Assembly (NCBI GenBank): GCA_030531005.1
Contig: JAUMTW010000004.1
Span: 170,917 to 234,916 of the forward strand
Reading direction: 5' to 3'
DNA length: 64,000 nt
Origin: Corynebacterium sp.
GTDB lineage: Bacteria > Actinomycetota > Actinomycetes > Mycobacteriales > Mycobacteriaceae
In this document: piece by piece, positions 11,761 to 21,708 of the stretch
Layout of the letters: the number at the start of each line of letters is the position of its first letter
Numbering within the stretch: the first letter of the stretch is position 1
Notes under the pieces: model-generated
Databases searched by the model: none
What the model was told of the DNA's origin: nothing
What the model saw: only the letters and a program-made list of their open reading frames with translations
Made by a program: the position numbers and the translations under genes

Positions 11761-12085
11761 GCGAGTTTCCCCTTTCCACCTATTTTCTTGATATCGTCCG
11801 CCGCGTAACACTAGTACCGGAATGCACTAGGGCCATATACAGCCGAAGCAATCAAGGTTGTTCTCCTTGTGCGGTCGCATGCAAGGCGCTGGTACTTGCA
11901 GCTAATTTTTTAGCCAACGCAAGGGGCACCATAAACAACTGCGACATTAAGCAACATTAGTATGTCGGTATTCAATTTTCCACCTCATTTTTTGGAAAAA
12001 CCGCAGGTTAGGCCACCCTAATAGAAGAAACCTAGCAATTAGCTCGCTTTTTTAGGTTACCCTTTTCAAAGCATGCAACACGCCG

Positions 12086-14041
12086 ATGGTGTCCCGCCGA
12101 AAGCCGGACAAGAAGTTGTACTATCAAAGGGTGAAAAATGTCCTAGGAAAAATTGCGCGTAGCATTCGCGCCGAGCTGCCACGCATGGGTGATCCCGGCT
12201 CACGCTCCCAAGGACTTCACGTAGACCCTTTAGGCGAAGACTCTACGCTTGAAATTGCGCCCCAATCCCCGACAGGCACCAATCAGACTCCCCCACCGCT
12301 GCACGCTACGAAATCGCCCGCAAATGCCGATGCCATCTCCCACAGTGCACACCCAAAGCTCATTGCCGCTGCCACCGGTGGTGACCTTTTTGAACCAGCA
12401 CATACGGATGCCACCGAGACCCCGGGCATTTCCGGTGATCGTTTTAGTGTCTTGCCCACTGCTCACCCCCCACGAGCGATCAACCCACACCCACCGCTTA
12501 GCCTGCAACAACTGCGCGGCTTCGCTATCTTCCGATGGCTCGGAACCTTAGGCGTCATCCTTCTCATGTTTGGCGGGCTGGGTGCAGGCGCTTTTCCCGT
12601 CATCAACAATCCTTATCCAAGTTTCCCCGGCGGCAATTTCATGGGGCGTATGCTGCAAACCTCGATGGTGGTGTGCTTTATCGGCATCGCTTTCCTGGTG
12701 GTCTCCTGGTTATATATCGGTACCGTCTGCGGAATTCGCTACCGACGCAATGAACCACGCCAAGGACTTATTTCGCTCGCCATGCTACGGCGTACCTTCA
12801 TTGCCTGGACTGTGCCCTTCTTGGCCACCGCCCCAATGTTCACCCAGGACATCTACTCCTATCTCGCCAATGGCAAAATTACTCGCCTAGGACTCGACCC
12901 TTATAGCGGTGGCCCAATAACTATTCTCGGTGCAGATGACTCCGTCGCGCGCAGCGTCCCTTATATTTGGTCCCAATCTCCTTCTCCCTATGGTCCAGTA
13001 GGGCTTGGAGTGGCCAAAGCCGTGAGCATTATCACCAATGACCATATTGGGTGGAGCGTGTTTCTCCACCGGCTCATCTCTTTAGCCGGAGTTGCCGTAG
13101 CAGCGTGGGCCATTGCACAATTGGCGCGACGCTGTCGCGTTACCCCACAAGCAGCGCTCTGGCTCGGCATCCTCAATCCGCTGACCATCCTGCATATAAT
13201 CGGCGGCATTCACAATGAGGCCATTTTACTTGGACTCGCTATGGCAGGGTTCGAATTAGGCTTGCGCGGGCGCGATCGCATGATCTTTGGTAAACGCAAC
13301 CCCTGGGGGTTCATCATCACCTCAGGTGCTTTGATCACTTGCGCCGGCTTAGTCAAAGTCACTGGCTTTATTGGCCTCGGTTTTGTGGGCATGGCGTATG
13401 CGCGGATTTGGCGCATGCAAAATCGCAGCAATATTCAAGCAATCGGGCTTGCAATTTGTGTCCAAGTCGCCATCCTAGTTACTACCACTGCCCTTGTCAC
13501 CCTACTTACCCGCATCCCCTTAGACTGGCTCAGCACTCAAGGCGGAGCAGCCACAATTCGCAGCTGGATGTCTGGCACCACTTCCTTGGGTGTTGTTACC
13601 GGCTGGGTGGGCATGCTGCTTGATCTTGGCGATCACACCGAAGCCATCCTCACGTTTACGCGCACCCTAGGACTCATCGTCGCCGGAATCTTTATCCTGC
13701 GCATGATACTGGCAACCTACCGCGGCACAATTGCAGCAATCGGAGGGATGGGAGTGGCAACCCTGGTGTTAGTAATTTTCTTCCCCGTGGTTCAACCTTG
13801 GTATCTCTTATGGGCTTTCTTCCCGCTCGCAGCCTGGGCTAATACCTACGGTTTCCGCATTGCGGTAATCGCATACTCCGCGATCGTCTCGTATTTGACC
13901 CTCCCGCGCGGACTTACCTTGCCGCCAGCTATGGTAATCACAATTTACGTTGTGGCGATCGCCGGAAGTATTATTTTCCTCATACTTTTACGGTGGATTT
14001 TCACCCGATCTCACCACCAAAAGGGTACATTAAAACCCTAA
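12086..14041 (+). CDS. mptB: Polyprenol-phosphomannose-dependent alpha-(1->6)-mannosyltransferase MptB (GT-C membrane glycosyltransferase). Has a hydrophilic N-terminal extension of about 150 aa; start uncertain.
   Basis: 651 aa with more than 10 predicted TM helices after residue 150. It is divergent from sufR and followed by ABC-2 transporter genes and ctaA, exactly as Rv1459c and cg1766 are. Confidence 0.7.
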   Translation: MVSRRKPDKKLYYQRVKNVLGKIARSIRAELPRMGDPGSRSQGLHVDPLGEDSTLEIAPQSPTGTNQTPPPLHATKSPANADAISHSAHPKLIAAATGGDLFEPAHTDATETPGISGDRFSVLPTAHPPRAINPHPPLSLQQLRGFAIFRWLGTLGVILLMFGGLGAGAFPVINNPYPSFPGGNFMGRMLQTSMVVCFIGIAFLVVSWLYIGTVCGIRYRRNEPRQGLISLAMLRRTFIAWTVPFLATAPMFTQDIYSYLANGKITRLGLDPYSGGPITILGADDSVARSVPYIWSQSPSPYGPVGLGVAKAVSIITNDHIGWSVFLHRLISLAGVAVAAWAIAQLARRCRVTPQAALWLGILNPLTILHIIGGIHNEAILLGLAMAGFELGLRGRDRMIFGKRNPWGFIITSGALITCAGLVKVTGFIGLGFVGMAYARIWRMQNRSNIQAIGLAICVQVAILVTTTALVTLLTRIPLDWLSTQGGAATIRSWMSGTTSLGVVTGWVGMLLDLGDHTEAILTFTRTLGLIVAGIFILRMILATYRGTIAAIGGMGVATLVLVIFFPVVQPWYLLWAFFPLAAWANTYGFRIAVIAYSAIVSYLTLPRGLTLPPAMVITIYVVAIAGSIIFLILLRWIFTRSHHQKGTLKP

Positions 14042-14081
14042 TGGCTTCCGCGCTCATCGAGCGCCCCTAAACCTAGAGATT

Positions 14082-15062
14082 GTGCCCCAAACTCAGAAAG
14101 TTATGATGCTTCGAAATAGTGCCCGTCCCGCAGCCGCTACGCCTGCCTTATCACTCCACGGCGTTTCCAAAAGCTTTAGCACAACTCATGCTGTCCAAGA
14201 TATCTCCCTTGAAGTGGCGCGCGGGGAACTCTTTAGCCTCTTGGGCCCGAATGGTGCTGGAAAAACCACCACTATCTCTATGTGTGAGGGCTTCATTACA
14301 CCAGATGCCGGCGAGATCTCTGTCGTCGGTTTCAACCCGCGCAAGCAGCGCAATCAAATGCGGGCGCGCATTGGCATCATGCTCCAAGCAGGTGGTAGCT
14401 ATTCCGGCATTAAGGTCGGCGAGCAATTACAACTTGCTGCCAGCTATTACGAGAACCCCTTGGATATCGACTGGTTGGCGGAGCTGCTTGCTTTAGAACC
14501 AATTATGCGTACCACCTACCGGCGATTATCTGGAGGTCAAAAGCAGCGTTTATCACTGGCTTTGGCGTTACTTGGCCGTCCGGAACTTGTCTTTCTCGAT
14601 GAACCAACTGCAGGTATGGATGCCCAAAGCCGTCACCTGGTCTGGGAATTATTAGCACAACTCAAAGCTGATGGCGTGACCGTCGTACTTACCACCCACT
14701 TCATCGAAGAGGCCCAGCATTTAAGTGATCGAGTAGCCATCATGGATCATGGAAAAATCGTGGCTTGCGATAGTCCACAAGCACTCATCGCTGCCGGGGA
14801 CACCACCGCACGCTTTGAAACCACCACAGCCTTAGATATTGCTGCCCTCTCGGCAACAACCGGATTAGAGGTGCAGGCATGTGGCCACATGCACTACGAC
14901 TTACTCGGTACCCCGAGTCCCGAAGCCCTCGCAGCCCTGGCCCATGGTGCTGCTGCACAAGATGTTCTTATCGCTAAGTGGTATACCAATGAGCGCAGCT
15001 TAGAAGATGTATTCCTCGATTTGACCGGCCGCCAGCTCACTGGCATCGCTGCCCAAGCCTAG
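14082..15062 (+). CDS. ABC transporter ATP-binding protein (ABC-2 / drug-exporter type, Rv1458c-like)
   Basis: Walker A motif GPNGAGKTT, signature LSGGQKQR and Walker B motif LVFLDEPT, with an extra C-terminal domain. Confidence 0.8.
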   Translation: MPQTQKVMMLRNSARPAAATPALSLHGVSKSFSTTHAVQDISLEVARGELFSLLGPNGAGKTTTISMCEGFITPDAGEISVVGFNPRKQRNQMRARIGIMLQAGGSYSGIKVGEQLQLAASYYENPLDIDWLAELLALEPIMRTTYRRLSGGQKQRLSLALALLGRPELVFLDEPTAGMDAQSRHLVWELLAQLKADGVTVVLTTHFIEEAQHLSDRVAIMDHGKIVACDSPQALIAAGDTTARFETTTALDIAALSATTGLEVQACGHMHYDLLGTPSPEALAALAHGAAAQDVLIAKWYTNERSLEDVFLDLTGRQLTGIAAQA

Positions 15063-15110
15063 ACCTACCCAAGCTTAGAACTGCCCAAGGATAGAGAAAA
15101 GAGACCACTG

Positions 15111-15905
15111 ATGACCTCCCCTGCAGCACAAGCGCCAACCACGTTTGCCCCAGGCACGTTTAGCCCTGCCCCAAAGCAAGCGCCAATCCAGCGCATTCTG
15201 GCGTCCCAAAGCAGGATCGAGGCGCTCCTATTCTTGCGCCACGGCGAGCAATTGCTCCTTAGTTTCTTTATTCCTGTGGCCATGCTCTTTGCGATGCACT
15301 GGCTACCACTGCTGGCCGAAGAAGAGCGTATGGCTTTGGGGTTCCCGGTCATGCTTGCTATGGCTGCGATGAGCTCAGGGTTTACTGGTCAAGCCATCTC
15401 CCTTGCTTTCGATCGTCGCTATGGTGCCTTAGAGCGTACGGGCGCCAGCGGTGTGCCGGCTTGGGCGATCGTATTCGGCAAAGAAATTGGCGTGGTCGTA
15501 GTCTCCGCAATCCAGGTGCTCGTATTAAGCACAGTGGCTTGGCTGCTTGGCTGGCAGCCAGCAAATTTTGGCGCTTTCATTCTCGGAGTACTGGTGTTTT
15601 TTTGCGGGGTCGCAGCCTTTGCTTCTTTAGGCCTACTCATGGGTGGCACCTTAAGTTCCGAGATTGTACTCGGGCTTGCCAATCTACTTTGGTTCCTGCT
15701 CATAGGGTGCGCCTCTTGGGTGGTCTTTGGCTTAAGCGGGGATCCCCACTTCGTCTTACTCTGTATCCCCTCGGTGGCCTTGGCTCAAGGGCTCGTCACC
15801 GCCTTCGCAGGTAGCTTCCCCTTGATAGAAATCGCCATCTTACTGGTATGGCTGGGTGTGTGCAGCTTCGCGGCCTTCCGATTCTTCAAGTTCTCTGCAG
15901 CCTAA
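15111..15905 (+). CDS. ABC-2 family transporter permease (Rv1457c-like)
   Basis: 264 aa, six predicted TM helices. Immediately downstream of the ATPase gene. Confidence 0.75.
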   Translation: MTSPAAQAPTTFAPGTFSPAPKQAPIQRILASQSRIEALLFLRHGEQLLLSFFIPVAMLFAMHWLPLLAEEERMALGFPVMLAMAAMSSGFTGQAISLAFDRRYGALERTGASGVPAWAIVFGKEIGVVVVSAIQVLVLSTVAWLLGWQPANFGAFILGVLVFFCGVAAFASLGLLMGGTLSSEIVLGLANLLWFLLIGCASWVVFGLSGDPHFVLLCIPSVALAQGLVTAFAGSFPLIEIAILLVWLGVCSFAAFRFFKFSAA

Positions 15906-16142
15906 CTGCCCTACGAACCACTCCGACACGACACAATGGCACTGCGCCATCTGCGCCGCTATCCAGTCGACTTCCGCGCCCTATGGCTGGTAGCTACCAG
16001 CACACCGGCACACCGCCGATGATGCCTTTGTTCGTATTCCCCGATCGTGAGTGACACAGCTATCATAAATTTCGGTGAGCTGTATTACATTGGGCGTGGC
16101 ACTTACTCCTAGGTCGCAGGAGAAGCGGTAGAATTTTATCCC

Positions 16143-17162
16143 GTGACTCAAGCCCAAACTGACCCCCAACCCCAAGGAAGGCCCAAGCGCTGGGCGCCCA
16201 CTATCCGTACCCAGCAGCGGCTCGCCTTAGCTCTGCTTATTGGCCAAGGCGGCATTACGGCCACCGGCGCCACGGTGCGTGTGACCGGCTCTGGTCTTGG
16301 CTGTAACACTTGGCCGAATTGCCACGAAGGATCCCTTGTACCAGTTGCTGGTGCAGCCCCCTGGATCCAACAGGCCATCGAATTCGGCAACCGCCTGCTC
16401 ACCTTCGTGCTTGTTGCCTTAGCAGCAGCGGTTTTCCTCGCTCTGAAGTCAGCCCACCGGCGCACCGAGCTCATGGCGCACGCCTGGGCACAGATCGGCG
16501 GCATCGTAGTACAGGCTGTAATCGGCGGTATTTCCGTACGTCTTGATCTGCAGTGGTGGGCAGTAGCCTTGCACTTCATGCCTTCAATGGTGCTGGTGTG
16601 GCTAGCCGCGATCTTATATTTGCGCATACCTGAGCCCGATGATGGCGTACGCACCCCGACTTTCCCAGCTGCTTATAAAATTCTTGCAGCAGTAGCTGCC
16701 ACAATGCTCTTTGTCGTGCTCATCACTGGCACCATGGTCACCGGTGCCGGTGTGCACTCCGGCGATGCCGGCATTGGCATGGAAGGCCGCTTAGACGTTG
16801 ATATCGACTTGATGGCACATATTCATGCTTGGTGCATGTACGCCTACCTAGCATTAACGCTCTTCCTTGCAGTGGGGCTTTATTTACGCCGCGCACCTCA
16901 ACGTACTATGCGTTTTGCGCTCTGGCTCATCTCATTAATCCTCGTGCAAGCAGCCATCGGCATCATCCAGTATCGTTTGGGCATTCCTGCATGGACCATC
17001 CCAGTCCACGTGGGCATGAGCGCGGTGGTAACTGCCTTTACTGCAATGCTATGGGCAACCGGCATTGTACGCCGCGAGGGCACTCCTACGGTCACTGGCT
17101 CTCTTCATGGCGATCACAAGCGTGCAGCCCTCCTGGCCGAGAAGGCTCAAACAACGACCTAA
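16143..17162 (+). CDS. ctaA: Heme A synthase CtaA (COX15 family)
   Basis: 339 aa polytopic membrane protein with conserved His pairs and an N-terminal Cys pair (GCNTWPNC), as in type-1 heme A synthases. Synteny with Rv1456c and cg1769. Confidence 0.8.
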   Translation: MTQAQTDPQPQGRPKRWAPTIRTQQRLALALLIGQGGITATGATVRVTGSGLGCNTWPNCHEGSLVPVAGAAPWIQQAIEFGNRLLTFVLVALAAAVFLALKSAHRRTELMAHAWAQIGGIVVQAVIGGISVRLDLQWWAVALHFMPSMVLVWLAAILYLRIPEPDDGVRTPTFPAAYKILAAVAATMLFVVLITGTMVTGAGVHSGDAGIGMEGRLDVDIDLMAHIHAWCMYAYLALTLFLAVGLYLRRAPQRTMRFALWLISLILVQAAIGIIQYRLGIPAWTIPVHVGMSAVVTAFTAMLWATGIVRREGTPTVTGSLHGDHKRAALLAEKAQTTT

Positions 17163-17269
17163 CTACGCTGGCTCCAAGCACGGGACCTTCTGCTGCAGCG
17201 CGCTGAACACCGTGAACTGCGCTGTGATGGAAAATCGTTTCGCCCTCCCGCACCCGACACCGCTCTGTG

Positions 17270-17322
17270 TTCTCCGATCCCTTTGCCACAGGGATACCTG
17301 GAGAATACGGGCGGTGTTTTTT
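17270..17322 (+). terminator. Rho-independent terminator downstream of ctaA
   Basis: TTCTCC-GATCCCT..AGGGAT-ACCTGGAGAA hairpin followed by GTGTTTTTTCTG (17315..17326). Confidence 0.6.
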
Positions 17323-17696
17323 CTGTGCCAGGCTGGACCATAACTCGAAGCAATATCCCCTCCAGCCAAACACCCAGCAGTCCCCGGTACTCAATCAAAC
17401 ACGCGGATGATCCTGTGGTGTGGTACTACCCCCAGCTGAACGAGATAACGGCCAAGATAGATCCTTCCCATCCCCGGGCCTTAGTTGCACCCGAGCTACC
17501 TTCCACCCGAGTTGCTTCGGACTCAGTGACGGGCGTCATACATGCCGCAGCTGCCAAGACACGCCCCAAAGCAGCCTTCCTTGCTAAGGGATGTCTCTTG
17601 GTTTTTCTGCAGGCATACAAAAACCCCGCACGCTTTTGCTGCGAGCGAGGGTGAAAATACAGCCGCTACAAGGGAACAGACAGAGATAGAAAACCT

Positions 17697-18653
17697 TTAC
17701 CCGAAGATCGACCACAGAGTTGGTAGATCAAAGACGGCATCAACCGCTAAGGCTACGAACAGAATAGACAAGTAGTTGTTCGAGAGAATGAACAATTTCA
17801 ATGGCTTTACTTCAGCGCCTCTGCTGACACCCTGGTGTAGGGCCACGGCCATCCATAGGAACCACATTCCGGAAATAATGGCGACGATCGCATAGAGCCA
17901 ACCTGTTGCTGGAATAAGCAAGAAGGTGGTGACCACGGTTGCCACGGTATACCACACAATCTGCATGGTGACCTGCTGTGGGGTGCGTACTACTGGTAGC
18001 ATCGGCACTTCTGCCGCGGCGTAGTCTTCCTTATACTTCATTGCCAGCGCCCAGGTATGTGGAGGCGTCCAGAAGAAGATGACTAAGAAGAGCACGATAG
18101 CTTGCCACCAGCCGCCTACTTCGCTCGCTGCAGTGTTATCGGCGATGACGGCCCAGCCAACCATGACTGGCATACAGCCCGCTGCACCGCCCCAAACCAC
18201 GTTGAGGTGAGTGCGCCGCTTGAGGAACTTGGTGTAGACGAAGATGTAGAACCAAATCGTCAGCATCACAAAGCCGGCGGCAAGTAGCGAGTTACATAAC
18301 AGCCATAACCAGAAGAAGCTCGCGAAGGTGAGCACCCAAGCAAAGATGGTGGCGTTACGGTTGCTCACAGAGTGGCGCACGAGCGGTCGAGCGCGTGTGC
18401 GCCCCATCTTCTGGTCGATGTCAGAGTCTGCAACCATATTGAAAGTATTTGCTGCAGCAGCACCCATCCAGCCGCCGAATAAAGTGAGCAGGATCAACAT
18501 AATGTTGTTACTGCCACGATCTGCCTGGAGCATAGCCGGAATAGTGGCGACTAAGAGCAGCTCAATAACTCGCGGCTTCGTCAGCGCGATATAAGCCTTG
18601 ATAGTCTCCAAGAGCAATGCCTCCAGCAGGGTATTTGGGGGTGAGGGTGTCAA
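17697..18653 (-). CDS. ctaB: Protoheme IX farnesyltransferase (heme O synthase) CtaB
   Basis: 318 aa UbiA-family prenyltransferase with the NxxxDxxxD-like motif ([18 protein letters not shown]). Confidence 0.9.
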   Translation of the reverse strand: MTPSPPNTLLEALLLETIKAYIALTKPRVIELLLVATIPAMLQADRGSNNIMLILLTLFGGWMGAAAANTFNMVADSDIDQKMGRTRARPLVRHSVSNRNATIFAWVLTFASFFWLWLLCNSLLAAGFVMLTIWFYIFVYTKFLKRRTHLNVVWGGAAGCMPVMVGWAVIADNTAASEVGGWWQAIVLFLVIFFWTPPHTWALAMKYKEDYAAAEVPMLPVVRTPQQVTMQIVWYTVATVVTTFLLIPATGWLYAIVAIISGMWFLWMAVALHQGVSRGAEVKPLKLFILSNNYLSILFVALAVDAVFDLPTLWSIFG

Positions 18654-18831
18654 ATTTTGCCCATGTTATGCGGGCTACCTAAGGCATTTTAGTACATCTG
18701 CGGACTTTTCGGAGTAACACACCGAAACCAATGCCAATCCGCACCCAAACCTATTTTATTCTACCCTCAAATGTTGCCAGTCATACTGGCTCCTATGAAA
18801 GGCGACCCCGTTGATTCAGCCAGAGAGCTTA

Positions 18832-18855
18832 TTTCTCACTGATGTTTCTCACTGA
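18832..18855. repeat. Direct repeat TTTCTCACTGA x2 (13-nt period) in the divergent ctaB/tkt promoter region
   Basis: Read directly: tttctcactgaTGtttctcactga. Candidate operator. Confidence 0.6.
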
Positions 18856-19181
18856 CTGGCTGATTGCAGACGCCGGCACATCGAAAAGGCTTGCATCGCT
18901 AGGGGCAGCGCACACAAAATCACTGGAACGAAGCACAACCAATGGATTTCTATCGGTTGATGAATATTTTTGAGAGATCGCACTCAGGGACACCTCACTT
19001 TGTCCGGGAGTCTTGTACACTATGGCACATACGCGATTCCTCCTAGGTAATGGGCGCATCGCGGCATAACACAACCTGGAACAACATGAAGGACAAGACT
19101 TTCCCTTGTCTACTTCTAGGTGTGCCAAACGTCGTTGTAACCAGGCATCATGCAAGTGATGCCACATGCAAAGGAACAATT

Positions 19182-21281
19182 GTGAGCTTATCTCCCGAAT
19201 TAGAAGCCTTGACCACCGGCAATTACCCTGCCGACTGGCAAGACGTTGACACGAAAGCCGTCAACACCGCCCGCGTCTTAGCTGCCGATGCCGTGCAGCG
19301 CTGCGGCTCCGGCCACCCGGGTACCGCTATGAGCCTGGCTCCCCTGGCTTATACCCTGTACCAGCGAGTGATGCGCCATGACCCTCAGGATCCAAACTGG
19401 GCGGGTCGCGACCGCTTCGTACTTTCTTGCGGCCACTCTTCGCTCACCCAATATATTCAACTGTACTTCGGTGGCTTCGGCCTGGAACTCGAAGACTTGA
19501 AAGCTCTGCGTACCTGGGGCTCACTGACCCCAGGACACCCAGAATACGGCCACACCGCAGGCGTGGAAATTACCACTGGCCCCCTGGGCCAAGGTTTAGC
19601 TTCGGCAGTGGGCATGGCCCTGGCATCCCGTCGTGAGCGCAGTCTTTTTGACGCTGATGCAGCAGAGGGGACATCACCATTCGACCACCACATTTACGTT
19701 ATCGCCTCCGATGGTGACCTAGAAGAAGGTGTCACTGCCGAGGCTTGTTCCTTCGCAGGTACTCAGCAGCTGGGTAACCTCATTGTTTTCTGGGATGACA
19801 ACCATATTTCCATCGAAGAAGATACTCAGATTGCCTTCACCGAAGATGTTGTGGCCCGCTACCGCTCCTACGGCTGGCAGGTGCTCGAGGTAGAAGGTGG
19901 CGAAGATGTGGCTGCTCTCGAAGATGCAGTTGCCCAAGCCAAGGCGGAAACTCACCGCCCATCCTTCATCCGGGTACGCACGGTGATTGGATACCCGGCT
20001 CCTAACAAGATGAACACCGGTGCTGTCCACGGTGCTGCTCTTGGCGATGAGGAAGTTGCCGCAACGAAGGAAATTCTCGGCTTTGATCCCAACGCCTCCT
20101 TCGAGGTAGATCCAGAGGTTATCGAGCACACCCGTAAGCTCGCTGTACGTGCCGCGAAGATTCGTGAGCAGTGGGATGTCGACTTCGATGCGTGGGCTCA
20201 GGCGCACCCAGAATCCAAGGAGCTCTTCGATCGCCTGAATGCGCGCGAGCTTCCTGCGGATTTCGCTGCAGAGCTGCCGACTTGGGAAGCCGGTGAGTCT
20301 GTTGCAACCCGGAAGGCATCCGAAGCTGCACTGCAGGCATTGGCACAGACCTTGCCTGAGCTGTGGGGTGGATCTGCGGACCTGGCAGGTTCCAATAACA
20401 CCGTAATCAAGGGCGCTCCTTCTGCAGGGCCGGTTGCTATCTCTACCGATACTTGGTCTGCCGAACCAGGGGGCCGCAACTTGCACTTCGGCATCCGTGA
20501 GCATGCGATGGGGTCGATCATGAATGGTGTATCCCTCCACGGAGGTACCCGCATCTATGGCGGCACCTTCTTAATCTTCTCCGACTACATGCGCCCAGCC
20601 GTTCGCCTAGCCGCTTTGATGGAAACTGACGCTTACTACGTTTGGACTCACGATTCCATCGGTCTTGGCGAAGACGGCCCAACCCACCAGCCTGTGGAGC
20701 AACTCGCCTCCCTGCGTGCTATCCCCGGCGTCTCCATACTGCGCCCTGCTGATGCCAATGAAACGGCCGCTGCGTGGAAGGCTGCCTTGGAGTACAAGGC
20801 CGGCCCGAAGGGGTTGGCATTAACTCGCCAAAATGTTCCGGTACTCGAAGGCACGAAGGAAAAAGCCGCAGAGGGTGTAGCCCGTGGTGCTTACATCTTG
20901 GTTGAGGCTTCCAAGGCAAACCCAGACGTCATACTGATGGCTACCGGTTCTGAGGTGCACCTGGCTGTAGAGGCCGCTGCCGAGCTTGAGGCTGCTGGTA
21001 CTGCTACCCGCGTTGTTTCGGTTCCTTGCCTGGACTGGTTCGAGCAGCAAGACGCCGCTTACCAAGAGCAGGTCTTGCCTGCATCGGTACAGGCCCGTGT
21101 CTCAGTCGAAGCTGGCCGCGCATTGTCCTGGTACCGCCACTTGGGTAGTTTCGGCAAGGCTGTCTCCTTAGAGCACTTCGGAGCTTCTGCTCCATACGAG
21201 AAGCTCTACGAAGAGTTTGGCATTACCACTGCTGCAGTCGTTGCTGCCGCCAAGGAATCCTTGGCTGCAGTCCGCGGCTAA
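19182..21281 (+). CDS. tkt: Transketolase
   Basis: TPP-binding motifs (GSGHPGTAMSLAPLAYTLY; GDGDLEEG). The start is set at GTG 19182 (MSLSPELEALT), preceded by the SD sequence AAGGAA at 19171..19176. The upstream 44-codon extension in the ORF track is not conserved. Confidence 0.9.
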   Translation: MSLSPELEALTTGNYPADWQDVDTKAVNTARVLAADAVQRCGSGHPGTAMSLAPLAYTLYQRVMRHDPQDPNWAGRDRFVLSCGHSSLTQYIQLYFGGFGLELEDLKALRTWGSLTPGHPEYGHTAGVEITTGPLGQGLASAVGMALASRRERSLFDADAAEGTSPFDHHIYVIASDGDLEEGVTAEACSFAGTQQLGNLIVFWDDNHISIEEDTQIAFTEDVVARYRSYGWQVLEVEGGEDVAALEDAVAQAKAETHRPSFIRVRTVIGYPAPNKMNTGAVHGAALGDEEVAATKEILGFDPNASFEVDPEVIEHTRKLAVRAAKIREQWDVDFDAWAQAHPESKELFDRLNARELPADFAAELPTWEAGESVATRKASEAALQALAQTLPELWGGSADLAGSNNTVIKGAPSAGPVAISTDTWSAEPGGRNLHFGIREHAMGSIMNGVSLHGGTRIYGGTFLIFSDYMRPAVRLAALMETDAYYVWTHDSIGLGEDGPTHQPVEQLASLRAIPGVSILRPADANETAAAWKAALEYKAGPKGLALTRQNVPVLEGTKEKAAEGVARGAYILVEASKANPDVILMATGSEVHLAVEAAAELEAAGTATRVVSVPCLDWFEQQDAAYQEQVLPASVQARVSVEAGRALSWYRHLGSFGKAVSLEHFGASAPYEKLYEEFGITTAAVVAAAKESLAAVRG

Positions 21282-21708
21282 GAATCACTCCGGATTACGG
21301 CGCAGCGCATTTTGAAAGCATTGCGCCATTTCCACTCGCCTGAAGCTCACGTTCCCGTCGGTACGCGGCGCACAACCGCCAGATACCTCAGACAGCATAC
21401 TTTAGACAGAAGATTTCCGAGCAAAAGGCTTGAGGCGACAAAAATGGGGAGACAGCGGCCACCACTGCAAGCGATCCAAATAAGGATGTGCGAATGTGTT
21501 TTTGAGCAGCTATCTCCCCTGCTAGCCTAAGAAATGGCATGCTGAATTCCCTGGCTTGCCATCCCCTGCCCAGGCATTCCCGGGTAAACACAAAAGCACT
21601 AGGGGCACGCACACCAACAGCCTGCCCAAGCATTAAGGCCATGCACCGTGGCCGTGATGCTGCACATAGCTGTACAACGAGAAAACTAGAAAGCACTGAT
21701 TTATTACT

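Noticed and set aside
21312-21530. Small ORFs in the tkt-tal, gap-putP, putA-whiA and ctaA-ctaB spacers (e.g. 21312..21530, 30347..30553, 36774..36995, 17283..17654)
   Set aside because: No SD sequences and atypical composition. None has a recognisable domain.
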